Origin: Eledone cirrhosa
Lineage: Eukaryota
Assembly: GCA_964016885.1 (NCBI GenBank)
Contig: OZ024758.1
Span: 2,108,001 to 2,172,000 of the forward strand
Direction: 5' to 3'
Length of the DNA stretch: 64,000 nucleotides
Positions 1-12,827 of the stretch are shown here, one piece after another; position 1 is the first letter of the stretch; the number at the start of each line of letters is the position of its first letter. Under the pieces are notes generated by a model. It had not been told where the DNA came from. It did not search any database and was given only the letters and a program-made list of their open reading frames with translations. A program made the translations under genes and the position numbers.

Positions 1-741
1 TCATAAGGTAACTGGCGTGCTAAAGGTTAATGTCCAATTGTTAATCTCCACCACTCCCTCCCTTTCACCTCATCTTCTCATTTTGTGTGCTCCTATTAAC
101 GATATACTACAGAATAAGTGGATGGAAATTTTAATGTGATAAACCAGGCTCTGCTTCTTACTCCATGCCACCCTCACGTTCATCTTATTACTGACATGGC
201 ACACCCATATACACAGGTAGTTACCCCAGCCATTAGCTCACCTGAATAACATGAACCGAGCAAAAATTGAAGTTAAAATGATATAGCCTTCTCATCATTT
301 CTACCATGTATGTGTTATGTACAATACACATATTCTGTATAAACTCAGTATTATCAGATTGATGTTAATTTTTGTTAAAGTTATCTCTTATTAAAAGGTA
401 AATGCAAAACTGGCGCATGGCTTAGTGGTTAGGGCATTGGGCTTACAATCAGAAGGTTGTGTCCTTGAGCAAGACAGTTTATTTCATGTTGCTCCAGTTT
501 ACTCAGCTGTGGTGTCAAGATGTATCGGCCATTTCCTTTCCCTTGGACATCATCAGTGGCTTGGAGAAGGGAGGCTGGTATGTATGGGTGACTGCTGGTC
601 TTCCACAAACAAACTTGCCCAGACTTGTGCCTCAGAGGGGAACTTTCTAGGTGCAAATGCCATGGTCATTCGTGACCTACAAGACTGGTTGAATTTTCAA
701 AGCAGATATATTTTATGATGGGATAACTCCTTAATATTCCA

Positions 742-778
<37 letters not shown>

Positions 779-1011
779 ATCGATCAACAAGATCCCAGAC
801 CTCACTCACTTGTTAAGTGGGGTGGACCTCGTCAAATCGGATCAAGGAAACAATGCTGATACTATCTACTTGTCGCAACTCCTGGCAGAAGGAGTAACGT
901 GAAATAAATTGTCTTGCTCAAGGACACAACACATCACCCAGTCCAAGAATTGAACCACTTAGCCACGTGTCTTCACAAATTGTAGTATATATATATATGT
1001 GTGTGTGTGTC

Positions 1012-1044
<33 letters not shown>

Positions 1045-2837
1045 ACCAAATAAAGAGAGATAGAAAGAGCCAAATATCGCACAAGAAACATGGCTCTACC
1101 CTTGCAAGCAGGGAAACGCGGACGTAAAATAATGATGATGATGATATCTCTTTATTTGGTTATTATGACTCTAGATAAAGTCTACTAAGCTTGCTTATTG
1201 AGAAACACAAAATTCTAAACATATTTGATATGTTTTGATTCATTATTTGTGTGTGTGTAGTATATATATATGTGTGTGTGTGTGTGTAGTATGTATATGT
1301 GTAGTGTGTGTGTGTGAACCACTATTGTTATATATATTCAAAAGTCTATTATTCCTTATATAAATCTTGACTCAGATATTTAAAAAAATGTTCAAATTTC
1401 TTTGTATAGAAATTTCATGAGATGTTATATAGCAGATTGTTTAGTTGGGATTATATTTGTTGCTCCTGTAGTGTGGCTATGATTCTGGTATTCTCTTTGA
1501 AGTGTTATGCCTGATCTAACCAGCGTTGGTTTCAGTATTTTGTCACAGATCTTCCATGCTTTTCATTTTTGTGTGTCAGGAATCAGGATTTAACCCTTTA
1601 GCATTTATATTACTCTTTATATACTGTTCTATTTTCACAGTAAAGGCTTTATCTTACATAATTATCTCACGTAACATATACATTACTCTATATATACTGT
1701 TGTATTTTCTCAGAAAAGGCTTTATCTTACATAATTATGTTACATAATATCGTATCTATGAGATTTTGATATTAATTATTTTGAGAACAATACCTTAACA
1801 TCATGAGTAGCCTGTTACACCTGGTTTGAACAGAAAGAAGTGAGAGAATTCTGGCCAGATATGGCCAGTTTAAATGCTAAAGAGTTATGTTGAAAGTACC
1901 GTCACAGATATATTTTCTCCCTAAATTTAATTATTCTCATCTTGAATGTTATACCACTTCCATGTCTTTTTATTAGATAAGTTCAATATCCACAATATTG
2001 ATTGTTGCTGTCGTTGGTTCTATGGTGGAATTTTCCCCTCGTATTGATTTTTTAAACAATTTATACGTAACTTTTAAAAGAGAGAATGCTTTGATATTTT
2101 TACTTGTTTCTTTGGAGGAAATCTGAAGTCAATCATGCTGGGACTGATTTAACCCTTTACTATTTACATTACTCTATATTTACTATTGTATTATATACTA
2201 GGTCCCTGAGCCACCAGGAGGTCAGATGCTCTGCTTAACCATTTACATTGCTCTCTCTCTATATATATATATACTATTGTATTTTCATGGTAAACACTTT
2301 ATCTCACATAATATCGAATCTATGAGATTTTGATATTTATTTTGAGAACAAAACTTCACATAAGTATGAGCAGCCAGTTATTGCCACTCTGAACAGAGAA
2401 AGGTGAGAGGATTCTGGCTGGATATGGCCAGTTTAAATGCTAATGTGTTAATGAAGATACAATAGGAATCATCTGTTTTATAATCATTTCAGCCTCAAAT
2501 TGGATTTTTGAGCCAATATTGATTGGCAAGGTCATTCGTTAAATTATGCATTTATAACTCGTTTTTAGTTGTCACTCATTTTTGGAGGCATTAATTAAAT
2601 TAATTAAAACTAATAAATAAAATTGTTATTAGAGCAGTGAGTTGGCAGTATTGGTGGACTGTCGGACACCATGCTTTGCATATATATAAGACAATGTCGA
2701 GATCTCTGGCGCCACGCAGTGATACAGAAGACCCGCCTTCTCTAAATACAAAGTTAACCTACAGTCGGTAGGCCCCTCTTAACCAAATATACACCCAACC
2801 CACTACCCCTACTCCATTCTCCCACTTCCACCAACAC

Positions 2838-3146
2838 CACCCTTTCTCTGTAAAGTTATGTTGGTACTAACATCCAATCCAAACTAAATGAGGCCGTGTA
2901 GGTGTCACGACAAAAAAAAAAACACAGTCCACGCTGTAATGTGGCCATGTAGGTAACATGGTAAAAAGTTCCCAGTCCACACTGTAGATGTGGTTGGTGT
3001 TAGGAAGAGCATCCAGCCGTAGCAAACCTGCCAGATAGTCCTATACGAGCGAGACACGGTCACCCGACCAACCTTGCCTCAAGTGGGACAATTCCCGTCT
3101 AACCCATGCTAGTGTGGAAGATAGACGTTAAACGATGATGATGATA
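2838..3146 (+). mobile_element. Interspersed retro-element family C with (GAT)n tail
   Basis: GGTTGGTGTTAGGAAGAGCATCCAGCC...CCGTCTAACCCATGCTAGTGTGGAAGATAGACGTTAAACGATGATGAT; highly similar copy at 55148-55462; fragments at 9940-10040 (-), 17875-18058, 19018-19175 (-), 50465-50630. Confidence 0.75.
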
Positions 3147-4969
3147 CATATTGTGTGTATGTATATATTGTTTAAAATCTTTATTTCTAAGAAGAACATC
3201 AGACAAAAATGCTTCCAGTATTTCTGAGGTTAACTTTGCCTTTCATCCATCTGGGGTTGGTTTAAGTCCCCCCTTCTCCAAATTGCTGGCCTTGTGCCTA
3301 TGTTAGAAATCATTATTATTATTATTACTTGCCACATTTCATTGGCTGTAGGAGAGGGAAGAAGTTGGATTAATATTTTAACCTGGAGACTTAGTTAATG
3401 GAATCAACCCCTGGTATATTACTGTTAGATTCTATCATTTTCAGAGTCAGGAGGATGGGAAGCAAGTCAGCTTCAGACTCTGAGGCAGGACTGAACTCTT
3501 TATAGTACAAAATTGACAATTTACCAAATTGGAGGGGTGGAAATAAAAACAATAATAATAAGAAAGAAAGAAAGAAATACGTATCATGGCTGCTCTTTTT
3601 AAATGCCTGAAATTTTAAAAATTATTTATATAGATCATGTTTTGGGGGCATGCTCCAAAAATCAAGATGTGACATTTATAGTCTTACAGGCATTAAATAT
3701 GTGGGTCACTCAAATGCTATAAAAGGATCAATCGACTTTCGTCAAATCGGACCGAGGAAACAATGTCGGTCTTTCCAGTTGCTAGTACTATCTATCGGTC
3801 GCAACTCCAGGTAGAAGGAGCAACGTGAAATAAAGTGTCTTGCTCAAGAACACAACACAACACATCACCCGGTCCAGGAATCGAACTCACAACCTCAAGA
3901 TTGTGAATCCAATTCTCTAACCACTCAGCCACACAGGCTACCTTTAAAACACTAACTCAGCAAAGGACTGCAGCTAGCACTGAAAATCCTTGTACAATGT
4001 TAAGAATATAATTGTGTACCTATATCAGAAATATTTGTTTTCATATTTCAAATGCTCAATATTACAAGTCTTGCACATATTTTTCCTCCTTTGCAATACC
4101 CTTTAGAATTTATATTACTCTATATATACTATTGTATGTATAGAGCAAAAGCTTTGTCTTACATAATCTCACATAATATCAAATCTATGAGATCTTGAAA
4201 TTGTTTATTTGAGAACAATACCTTAACATCTGTATGAGTGACCAGTTCTATCACTGACCATTTTACAGAGTACTAGATATCCTTTCTATCACTGACACTT
4301 TACAGGGTGTACTGGACGAATTTATCATGTAGATCAATGTCAGGCAGGTTGTAATGCCTGTGAGATAACTGAAGAACCCTCTTGACTCTTGAAATGGTTT
4401 AACTCTGTTTTGTGAATCAATAATGAATGTAGCCAGGTTTTCTCTCTCCATCTAAGTGGAATATTTTAAGACATTTTTTGGCACACATCATTCAGTATAA
4501 CCATACATTTATTTTATCTCAATCCATGCCATTAACTTATTTCAATTCTTTGTTTAATTTTGATTTGTATCATGTAAATTACTGCTCACCATTTCTATAT
4601 ACTTTGAGAATGCAGGTTGATGTTATGTGTTTTGCTAATGAGGTCTAATAAGGTGAAAATATGTCTGTTGCAAGAAATATCACAAATATGTCTGTTGCTC
4701 TGCTAAGAAATATCGCATTTTTCCTTGAACATAAATATTAAATCAACCTCTTATTTAACATGTTTTCCCTGCAAAAAACATTTGCCTGACATAGGGATTG
4801 AATCTATCACCCCAAAATTACGAGTCTCATACTATCGACTGAGCTAACTGGGATAAATAATTATAATTAATTCTTATTTTATTGAAATCTTTTCCAATTT
4901 TCAAGCACTAACAAATTCTGTTAACTAAGAGGTAAATTTCATTAAGAATCTTTTGCACCTATCATTCAA

Positions 4970-5570
4970 TGTGAATGGAGTTCCACTGAAGCAGGTAGAG
5001 AAATTCAAATATCTCAGGGCTGTTTTCATGAGTGATGGAAGGGCAGGATGCTGAATTAAGTGTAAGGAACTGGAGCAGTAATGTGCCAGCTTCAGTATTC
5101 AGTAATAAGACGGTGGGTAGGTGTAAAAGCCAAACTCGCTATCTTCAATTTGGTATTTGTGCCAACCCTCAGCTATGGTCATGAATCTTGGGTAATGACT
5201 GAAAGAATATGATCGCGAATGTGTCCAAAATGGGGTTCCTCCGAAGGGTCTTTTGAGTATCGTTACTCGATAGAGTGCGTAGCTCAGAGGTCAGAGCTAC
5301 TACTTCTCCGAATTGAAATATCACAGCTCCAATACTATGGTCATATGGTTAGAATGTCTCAGGAAAGAATTGCTGGACATATTTTATGGGCAAAACCAAC
5401 TGGCAGGAGACCCAGGGGTAGACCTGCGCCAAATAAGATGAGTTCGGCTGGTCTCGCTTGGGGATCCAGCCGGATCAGTTGGAGATGATTACGTCTGACA
5501 GGGACTCGCTGGAAGGAGTGTTTAAGGCTTCTTTCCCCATGACCCTTTCAGGAATAAGTTGTTGAAGAAG
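4970..5570 (+). mobile_element. RTE-like LINE 3' fragment (decayed reverse transcriptase C-terminus)
   Basis: Encodes [43 protein letters not shown] with frameshifts; further copies at 35268-35570, 25220-25425, 61140-61520. Confidence 0.8.
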
Positions 5571-7741
5571 TGTATTTGTGGGGGAGGGGGGTTAATCTGT
5601 TTTATATTTCAAAATGACTGAACAAGAACTGTAGTAAAATACGGCGTAAGCTTTTATTTCTACTTTTTTTTCAAACTTCACTTGCTGTTTCAAAACAAAC
5701 TTTGTCTTTATTTACCATATATCAACTAACATTTGACTAATTAGAACTAACCTAGAAATTCTACAAGCTACACACTTAGAATGTTCCTCCAATTCTGCTC
5801 ATAGTACTTATATAGCAGAATTGAATTCAAGACTTTTATTTCCCATCAAATAGGTTGACTAGTTGAGAAAATCTGAGTAAAAAATATGGCAGTTCTTTTG
5901 ATATGTTGGTAAATAATAATGGTGATGACTTTCAAACATGTTAATCTTCAGGATTAGATCAAGAAATTTAGATAACAATTTTACATTGCTGAGATAATAT
6001 TTATAATCCTTTGCACTATATCTACTGTTTTTTTCATCGTCTATTCTTTAAAATATCTACTGTGATGCTGCCTATTAACCGATATCAAGTTCAACTGCTG
6101 TATTTCTTGCCCCATTCCACTAAAAATTAACCCTTTAGTATTTATATTACTCTATATTTACTATTGTATTTTCACAGTAAAGGCTTTACCTCACATAATA
6201 TTGAATCTGAGATTTTGATATTGTTTATTTTGAGAACAATACCTTAACATCAGTAAGAGTGGCCAATTATGGCTGATTTGAACAGAAAGGTGAGAGAATT
6301 CTGACCAGATACAGCTGGTTTAAATGCTAAAGGGATAAGATACTTTATTAATATTTATGTGAGGGAACTAAATATGACCATGTTAGAAGCAGTTGAAATA
6401 TGAGACAATTCTTAGCAACTCAAATGAAATGGAAGCCATGATATTTAGAATAATTGTTTTGTCTCGCTCATTAGCTGTAAAGGTAATTGTTGACAACTAC
6501 TTCATATAGTAGCGGCGAGAGAAAAGTTTGGGGGTCTGCAGAAAATTTTAATGTATTTATCATTTAAAAAAAATTCATATTAGTGGTTCGCAGGATTTAA
6601 AATTATGAATTTAGTGGTCCATTAGGCTGGAAAGGTTGGCGACTGCTGTTACATTGTACATTACGCTGCTTATCTCTATTGGCCATGATGAGAAACTAAA
6701 TACCTCTTCAGCTCCATTGTTGATTGACAAGCAGTTAGACAATGCATCAATAATTCATATTAAAATGTCCAAGTTTACAAAAGTAAACTAAATTATACTA
6801 AACCCAACAAACATTTCTTTCCCTATTCCTTTTATTAAAATAGTAAAATGAGTGTAAAACAGTAAAAATTGTAAAATTTGATTGGCCAAAATGACTAAAA
6901 TGAGAGGGAGGTTTAATGAAATTATCATTAGTAATATATTATAACTGGCTGTGTAATATGATGTTTTAACTCTCAGCCTTTACCATTTACATTGCTCTAT
7001 ATTATTGTAGTTTCACAGTAAAGGCTTTATTTCACATAGTATCGAATCTGAGATTTGGATATTATTTATTTTGAGAACATTACCTTAATGTTGGTATGAG
7101 TGGCCGGTTATGACTGATTTGAACAGAAAGAGGTGAGGGAATTCTGGCCAGATACGGCAGGTTTAAATGCTAAAGGGTTAACAGAGCAACATATAAAGTC
7201 TGTCTGCTGAAAATTAAATGGATTTCTTAGGTTTCAATAAAAAAAAAACATACTGCATTATCTCAAAGCAAGTTTTACTGCTTGAAAAATCACTGGAAGA
7301 CATTGTTTCTTATTGATATTGATGATGTTAATTTTGATTAAGTGTGTGTGTGTGTGTGAGTTTCCATGACCATTTTCCCTTTGTTATATTGTATTAGTTT
7401 CAAGTTAGTGTTTAATACTTGCAGGAGATATAATGCACCGATTCACAAGACACAACTTTAATTGTATAGCCGAAAAATATATTTGAAACATCTGCTTAAA
7501 CAAATCAGTCAAAATGTCAAGATTTGAAAACTTATCCAACCAATGCTAGCATGAAAAACCGGGTATTTCTAAAGTCTTGCAGTTCCATGATAGAAACATA
7601 CTGTGTGTGTGTTAATTTAAATATAGCACTGTTTACTCTCCAGTTGTTGGAGTTTCGTTTCCTAAATACTGTCATATTTCATCCCCCACCCCACCCAATC
7701 TTTCTTCCCATGCTATCACAGTAATCACTCGAGTATAGAAT

Positions 7742-7971
7742 TTAACCCTTTAGCATTTACATTATTCTATATTTACTATTGTATTTTCACTGTAAAAGTT
7801 TTATCTTACATGATTATTTCACATAATATCGAATGTACAAGATTTTGATATTATTTATTTTGAGAACAATACCTTAATGTAATGAGCAGCCAGTTACAGC
7901 CAGTTACAGCTGGTTCGAAGAGATGAGAGAATTCTGGCTGGATACGGCTGGTTTAAATGCTAAAGGGTTAA
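7742..7971 (+). mobile_element. TTAA-flanked piggyBac-type MITE (~225 bp), representative full copy
   Basis: TTAA-CCCTTTAGCATTTA ... TAAATGCTAAAGGG-TTAA termini. Other copies or fragments near 1590-1887, 2148-2450, 4100-4250, 6128-6337, 6966-7181, 25817-26028, 30840-31255, 32500-32925, 34386-34605, 39906-40090, 40960-41220, 47281-47496, 55460-55700, 60192-60593. Confidence 0.85.
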
Positions 7972-10630
7972 TTTGCTGAAGTAAATTAACAAAATAAAAA
8001 TTAGTCATGTTGGCTGGGTAAACATTTTGTTTAGATGTTAAATTATTTAATATAAATATTTTGTGATTATATTTTTGGGGAGTGGGGGGTGATGATGGGA
8101 TTGCGATGCAGTAATAAGTTCTTTGTTAATCTAATCCAAAATTGGTTTTGATTATTATCTTATTAAAACTGCTCCATTTATAATTACTAATACTATAAAT
8201 CTGGGGTTTTATACTTCTCAAGTAAAAAGAAAAATATAATTGTGCGTGTGTGTATATAAATAGTATATAAATGTGTATTTGTAAAATGTGTGTCTGCTTT
8301 GAATTTTAAATGTTAGATTTTGGAAGATTGAGTATAAAGATTACAGGCAATTTCCCATTGTGAAAATATTGTTGGTCAAATTCTGCTGCCTGGTTCCATT
8401 CAACACTGGTCAGTGTTGTTTCCTCATTGATGACCATTTCATTAACTATTCAATTAATCAATCATTTCGTCTGAAGATCTCCAATAAATGAGACAATCGC
8501 TCAAGTTAAAGATTATTATTGCTAGCAATGAAACAAATACATCAACTACAAACCAGCAAAAAACACCCCAAAGAAATATACACGTACACACATATATATA
8601 TATATACACACACACACATGCATATATATAATATATACACACATATAAATGCATGTGTATATATATATATATGCATGTGGTAAACATATATACGCACACA
8701 TGCATATGTTTGTGTATATGTATATACATACACACACACATGCATATATATATATATGTATGTGTGAGAAATGAGTTCTTTCTTGAATGTCTCCTCTTTC
8801 TCTCCCTTCTTACACTGCTTAAAGGTTATGAAACAACTTTTCAGTTGTAGGACCATTCTGGAAGTTGGAGACACTCCATAATAATAATAATTCAGCTGTG
8901 ATCAGGACTTCTTAGCCGAACAATGCACTCCAACGTTCTACCACCATCACCACCGCCTCATCTTTTTACATATCACTTTGCCACATCTTTCTCCAGTGCA
9001 TACTTTGAGGCGGGAATGATGAGAAGAAAAAAAAAAAAAAATGAAAAGATTTAACTTGTAGATCTTCCCATTTCACTAAATTATCAGCTGGTGTGTTACG
9101 CCTGTGATAGGAGTTGATGGAAGTTCACAGCTGATTGGGATGAATCCCAAGCTAATTTCTTTTTTTTTTTTTTTTGCCAGCTCCATTCCATTGTGTATAT
9201 ATCTTGATCACAGGAATTACTGTTTAAAGATATTTTCTTAACAGGTCAATGCTGTATCATTGTGGTCAATATTGCACAGATTTTTTGTGCCAATTCTGGA
9301 AGTTAAAAAAAAAAATCAATGATTTAAAAGAAACAATATTGAATTGATTGCTTAGTCCCATTTGATCTATTGTTTCATTGGTGTTCTCTTTCTTTTTCCT
9401 ACAGTATTCTGATTTTAAAAAAAATAAAAAAATAAAAATCTAGTCAAATTAGATTCGAGAAAAACTTGTTTCCGACATGTATCATGAAGTCCGTTAATTC
9501 TTGCTCCAGTGTTAAACTGTCAAATTAAAGATGTATTGAAGCTGAAACCTTTGTCTGGGTTTTTATTGCTTTCTTTCTCTTCTTCATTATTTAATTACAA
9601 AAGGGCGGTATATCGGTAGATTGTCGGGTGCCATGCTTTCTAGCATAGAGTTATGTCCCTTTATGATCTGAGTTCAAATCCTGTCGTGGTTGACTTTGCC
9701 ATTCATCCTTAAGGGGTCGATAAAATAAAGTACCAGTAATGCACTGGGATAATTGCTGGCCTTGTGCCAAAAGTAGAAACAATTTGATTACTCTGTTACC
9801 CAATATGACACACAGGTTGATACATCTCCAATTAACCTGTCTTTTACACCTGTGTGTATCATATTAGTTGATAGAACACCTCCAATTAACCTGTGTAAAC
9901 GGTGATGATACTGTATTGGAGTAGGTGAGGCATTGGTACCATCATCATCGTTTAATGTCCACTTTCCACACTAGCATGGGTTAGACAGGTCCCATTTGAG
10001 GCAAGTTTGGTCAGGTGACTGTCTTGCGCATATAGACATTATTATACTGGGTTTCTTGAAGGCTGGTTTTGCCTGTAACATCTGTCCAACAATTCCTGAG
10101 ACATGAAACACATTTCAGAGATGCTATTATCAAATTTGGGCACAATGAAAGAGTATGAATGAAATTGAGGAGATGGGGAGATGTATGCTGTGTGCAAGGG
10201 GTGAGATGGCGAAGAACCCTAGCTAGGCTTCTTACAGAAGAACACCAATACAAACTCTTCTGAATAGATAATGATGACAGGATAAGTAGAGATGGCATAA
10301 TGTTAGCAGAAAGACTGGATAGATGAAGTTATTGAGGTAGTTAGAGTATGTGACAGAATTTTTTTTAGCTTAGGCTACAATATGAATGATCAGTTATCTG
10401 GCTCAAAGAAACTATTTTCCAATCTTTGTCTAAAACAACCCTGAAATCAGTGTTAAAGGCAAAATGGCAGCCATCATCACTGACAATGCAAATGCTCTCC
10501 ACATGTCAAGGAAAGACACTGCATTTATACATTTTCCATAACAGACTAGTTGTAGGAAATAACAACTATGGTCTCTGCTAACACAGCACAATTGGGGGTG
10601 ACCAATGAACAAAAGGATCAGTTGTATAAA

Positions 10631-11115
10631 GACCAGTTAAATATTGAGTAACAAGAACTTCATTATCATAGCTGGTGGCGTTATTGGGACATGTTGGGTA
10701 ACAGCAAAGACCAGCTCAATATTGAGTGAGTAACAAGAACTTCATTATCATATCTGGTGGCATTATTGGGACATGTTCGGTAACAGCAAAGACCAGCTCA
10801 ATATTGAGTGAGTAACAAGAACTTCATTATCATATCTGGTGACGTTATTGGGACATGTTGGGTAACAGCAAAGACCAGCTCAACATTGAGTGAGTAACAA
10901 GGACTTCATTATCATATCTGGTGACGTTATTGGGACATGTTGGGTAACAGCAAAGACCAGCTCAACATTGAGTGAGTAACAAGGACTTCATTATCATATC
11001 TGGTGATGTTATTGGGACATGTTGGGTAACAGCAAAGACCAGCTCAACATTGAGTGAGTAACAAGGACTTCATTATCATATCTGGTGACGTTATTGGGAC
11101 ATGTTCGGTAGCAGC
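10631..11115. repeat. 82-bp tandem repeat, about 6 copies
   Basis: GACCAGCTCAA recurs at 10709, 10791, 10873, 10955, 11037. Confidence 0.95.
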
Positions 11116-11120
11116 TGGAA

Positions 11121-11291
11121 TACTGTATTTCCTGGTGTTGAAAACGCTTCGTCCTCGAGGACCCACCCTACTTTTGATAACCAAAAATCTGAGAAAAAAA
11201 ATAACAACCTTCGGCCTCCAGGATGTATGGTAGATTTTTGAAACTTATTTTAGGAAAAATGTAACATCTCTGATGCCAGGAAATACGGTAT
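11121..11291. mobile_element. pogo/Tigger-type MITE
   Basis: Termini TACTGTATTTCCTGGTGT and GCCAGGAAATACGGTA; TA flanks. Confidence 0.7.
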
Positions 11292-11572
11292 ATGGTGACT
11301 ATAGGTAATGTTTATCAGTCACTTGAACACCTATTATTGGTCTCAGGGAACCATTAAAGGTCATGAGTACAACCCTTTCTTCCAGACAGCAAACCAACAG
11401 AAAAAAGAGAGAGGGGTCAAAGAGAAGATTCTACTCTTGTGTTAGCCAAGATTTTGTTTCATTTGTATGAAGAAATGTCGTTTTTAAAATACAGTAAATT
11501 GATAAAATACTTAAGAACATTTCCTTTCTCTCTCCAAAAATACCAAATTACCAATTAATATGTTCCTACCAC

Positions 11573-11850
11573 CAGGATTGGATTTAGACCTTAGTAGGGC
11601 ACTTCATGTTTGGAGATCCCTCATACAAGTTAGAATACACAGCACCCCACCACCATTTTACATATCAAAGTTAGCTTGGTGCAAGTAATTGTAATTGAAA
11701 AGTTATACACAGGTATTAAATTCAAAAATTCTAACGATCCTAAAACTAAAAAGCCCAGCTGTGGGTACAAATAAATTGCTACGGCCATCGCTGGTGACCC
11801 CTTCCACTGTCGGGGAATCGGGGCAATTTATACACCATTAAATCCTGTCC
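11573..11850 (+). mobile_element. Interspersed MITE-like repeat; inverted homologue at 14250-14563
   Basis: AGTTAGCTTGGTGCAAGTAATTG...AAATTCAAAAATTCTAAC.ATCCTAAAACTAAAA is the reverse complement of ~14350-14436. Confidence 0.7.
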
Positions 11851-12369
11851 TACCTACCACCAAGATAGAAGAGGTTTGAAACTTCTCTCATCTAACATTT
11901 ATCACTATAATTGCACTCACACGGTACTGTCTCCCTTAATTTTACATTAGTTTCTATTCCTGAAAGGACTTTTATTAACTAAGGCTGTGGCTATAGGCGT
12001 GGTTCTTCCTGGAGGGATACCATTAGGTTTAAAATAGGTGGGGAAGTAACCATTCAAACTAAATGTGGTGTAAGAAAAGAAAAAGAAGACTAAATATAAT
12101 CATAAAAAGCTAGTTGTACGAATCGTTTGTTTATATTATACATACACATTATCTTAAATATCTGTTTATCGCTTGATATTACGTTTAATATATAAATATA
12201 TTTATTCTAAAATTAAAACAATTGAAAAGTAATTAAATTCTATTAAGAATAATATTTTAATAAGCTTTTAATAAAACGAGAAGCTTTTCTCTCCGAAATT
12301 GAAACGAATACGAAACAATAAAGCAGAGCTAATATTAAATGTCTTAATGTCAACTTTTCGCCAGACCTG

Positions 12370-12794
12370 ATGTTTACGTCTCGCCTACTTAGGAAACGTT
12401 GGGTTTTAGCTGTCATATTCGCTTGTTCTTTTATTTATTTTCTTGTCAGACTTTTGAGACCGGTAAGACATATCTATATTACTTGTTTATTTTAATCACC
12501 TATGTTTATCAAACTTCATTTGTGGTTTTCTTTAGCCAGTTGTAGTCTAAAGAAAGTGGGAAGCTCCTCACGTCAATTGGATCCATGCCAGTCTACAGCA
12601 GACGTCGATAAACACAAAATATCATAATCCATTCACTAAAATACAGCTTAATCTAAACTCAAGATCCTTTGATTCAATCTCATATGGAAAATATTGGAAA
12701 ATATACGATATTATCCGTCTAGCGAACCTCTCCGTTGTTGTATGTATATATATGTATATATATATATATATATAAATAAATAAATAAGGGGAAC

Positions 12795-12827
<33 letters not shown>

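Noticed and set aside
8454-8874. Overlapping ORFs rich in YI/CV/HT (also near 22.2, 37.5, 44.2, 49.1, 54.0 and 63.2 kb)
   Set aside because: Translations of (TA)n/(CA)n microsatellites; no coding signal.
9802-9866. Pre-miRNA-like hairpin AATATGACACACAGGT...ACCTGTGTGTATCATATT
   Set aside because: Short stem, large loop, embedded in a local duplication; no recognised miRNA sequence.
10011-10612. Minus-strand ORFs upstream of SPRING1, considered as a head-to-head RNFT2-like neighbour
   Set aside because: No recognisable RING or RNFT similarity, no convincing exon chain, and the ORF runs into a repeat.
10631-11115. Regular repeats that might resemble a CRISPR array (also at 20.0, 24.3 and 29.5 kb)
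   Set aside because: Head-to-tail units with no unique spacers, no cas genes, eukaryotic context.
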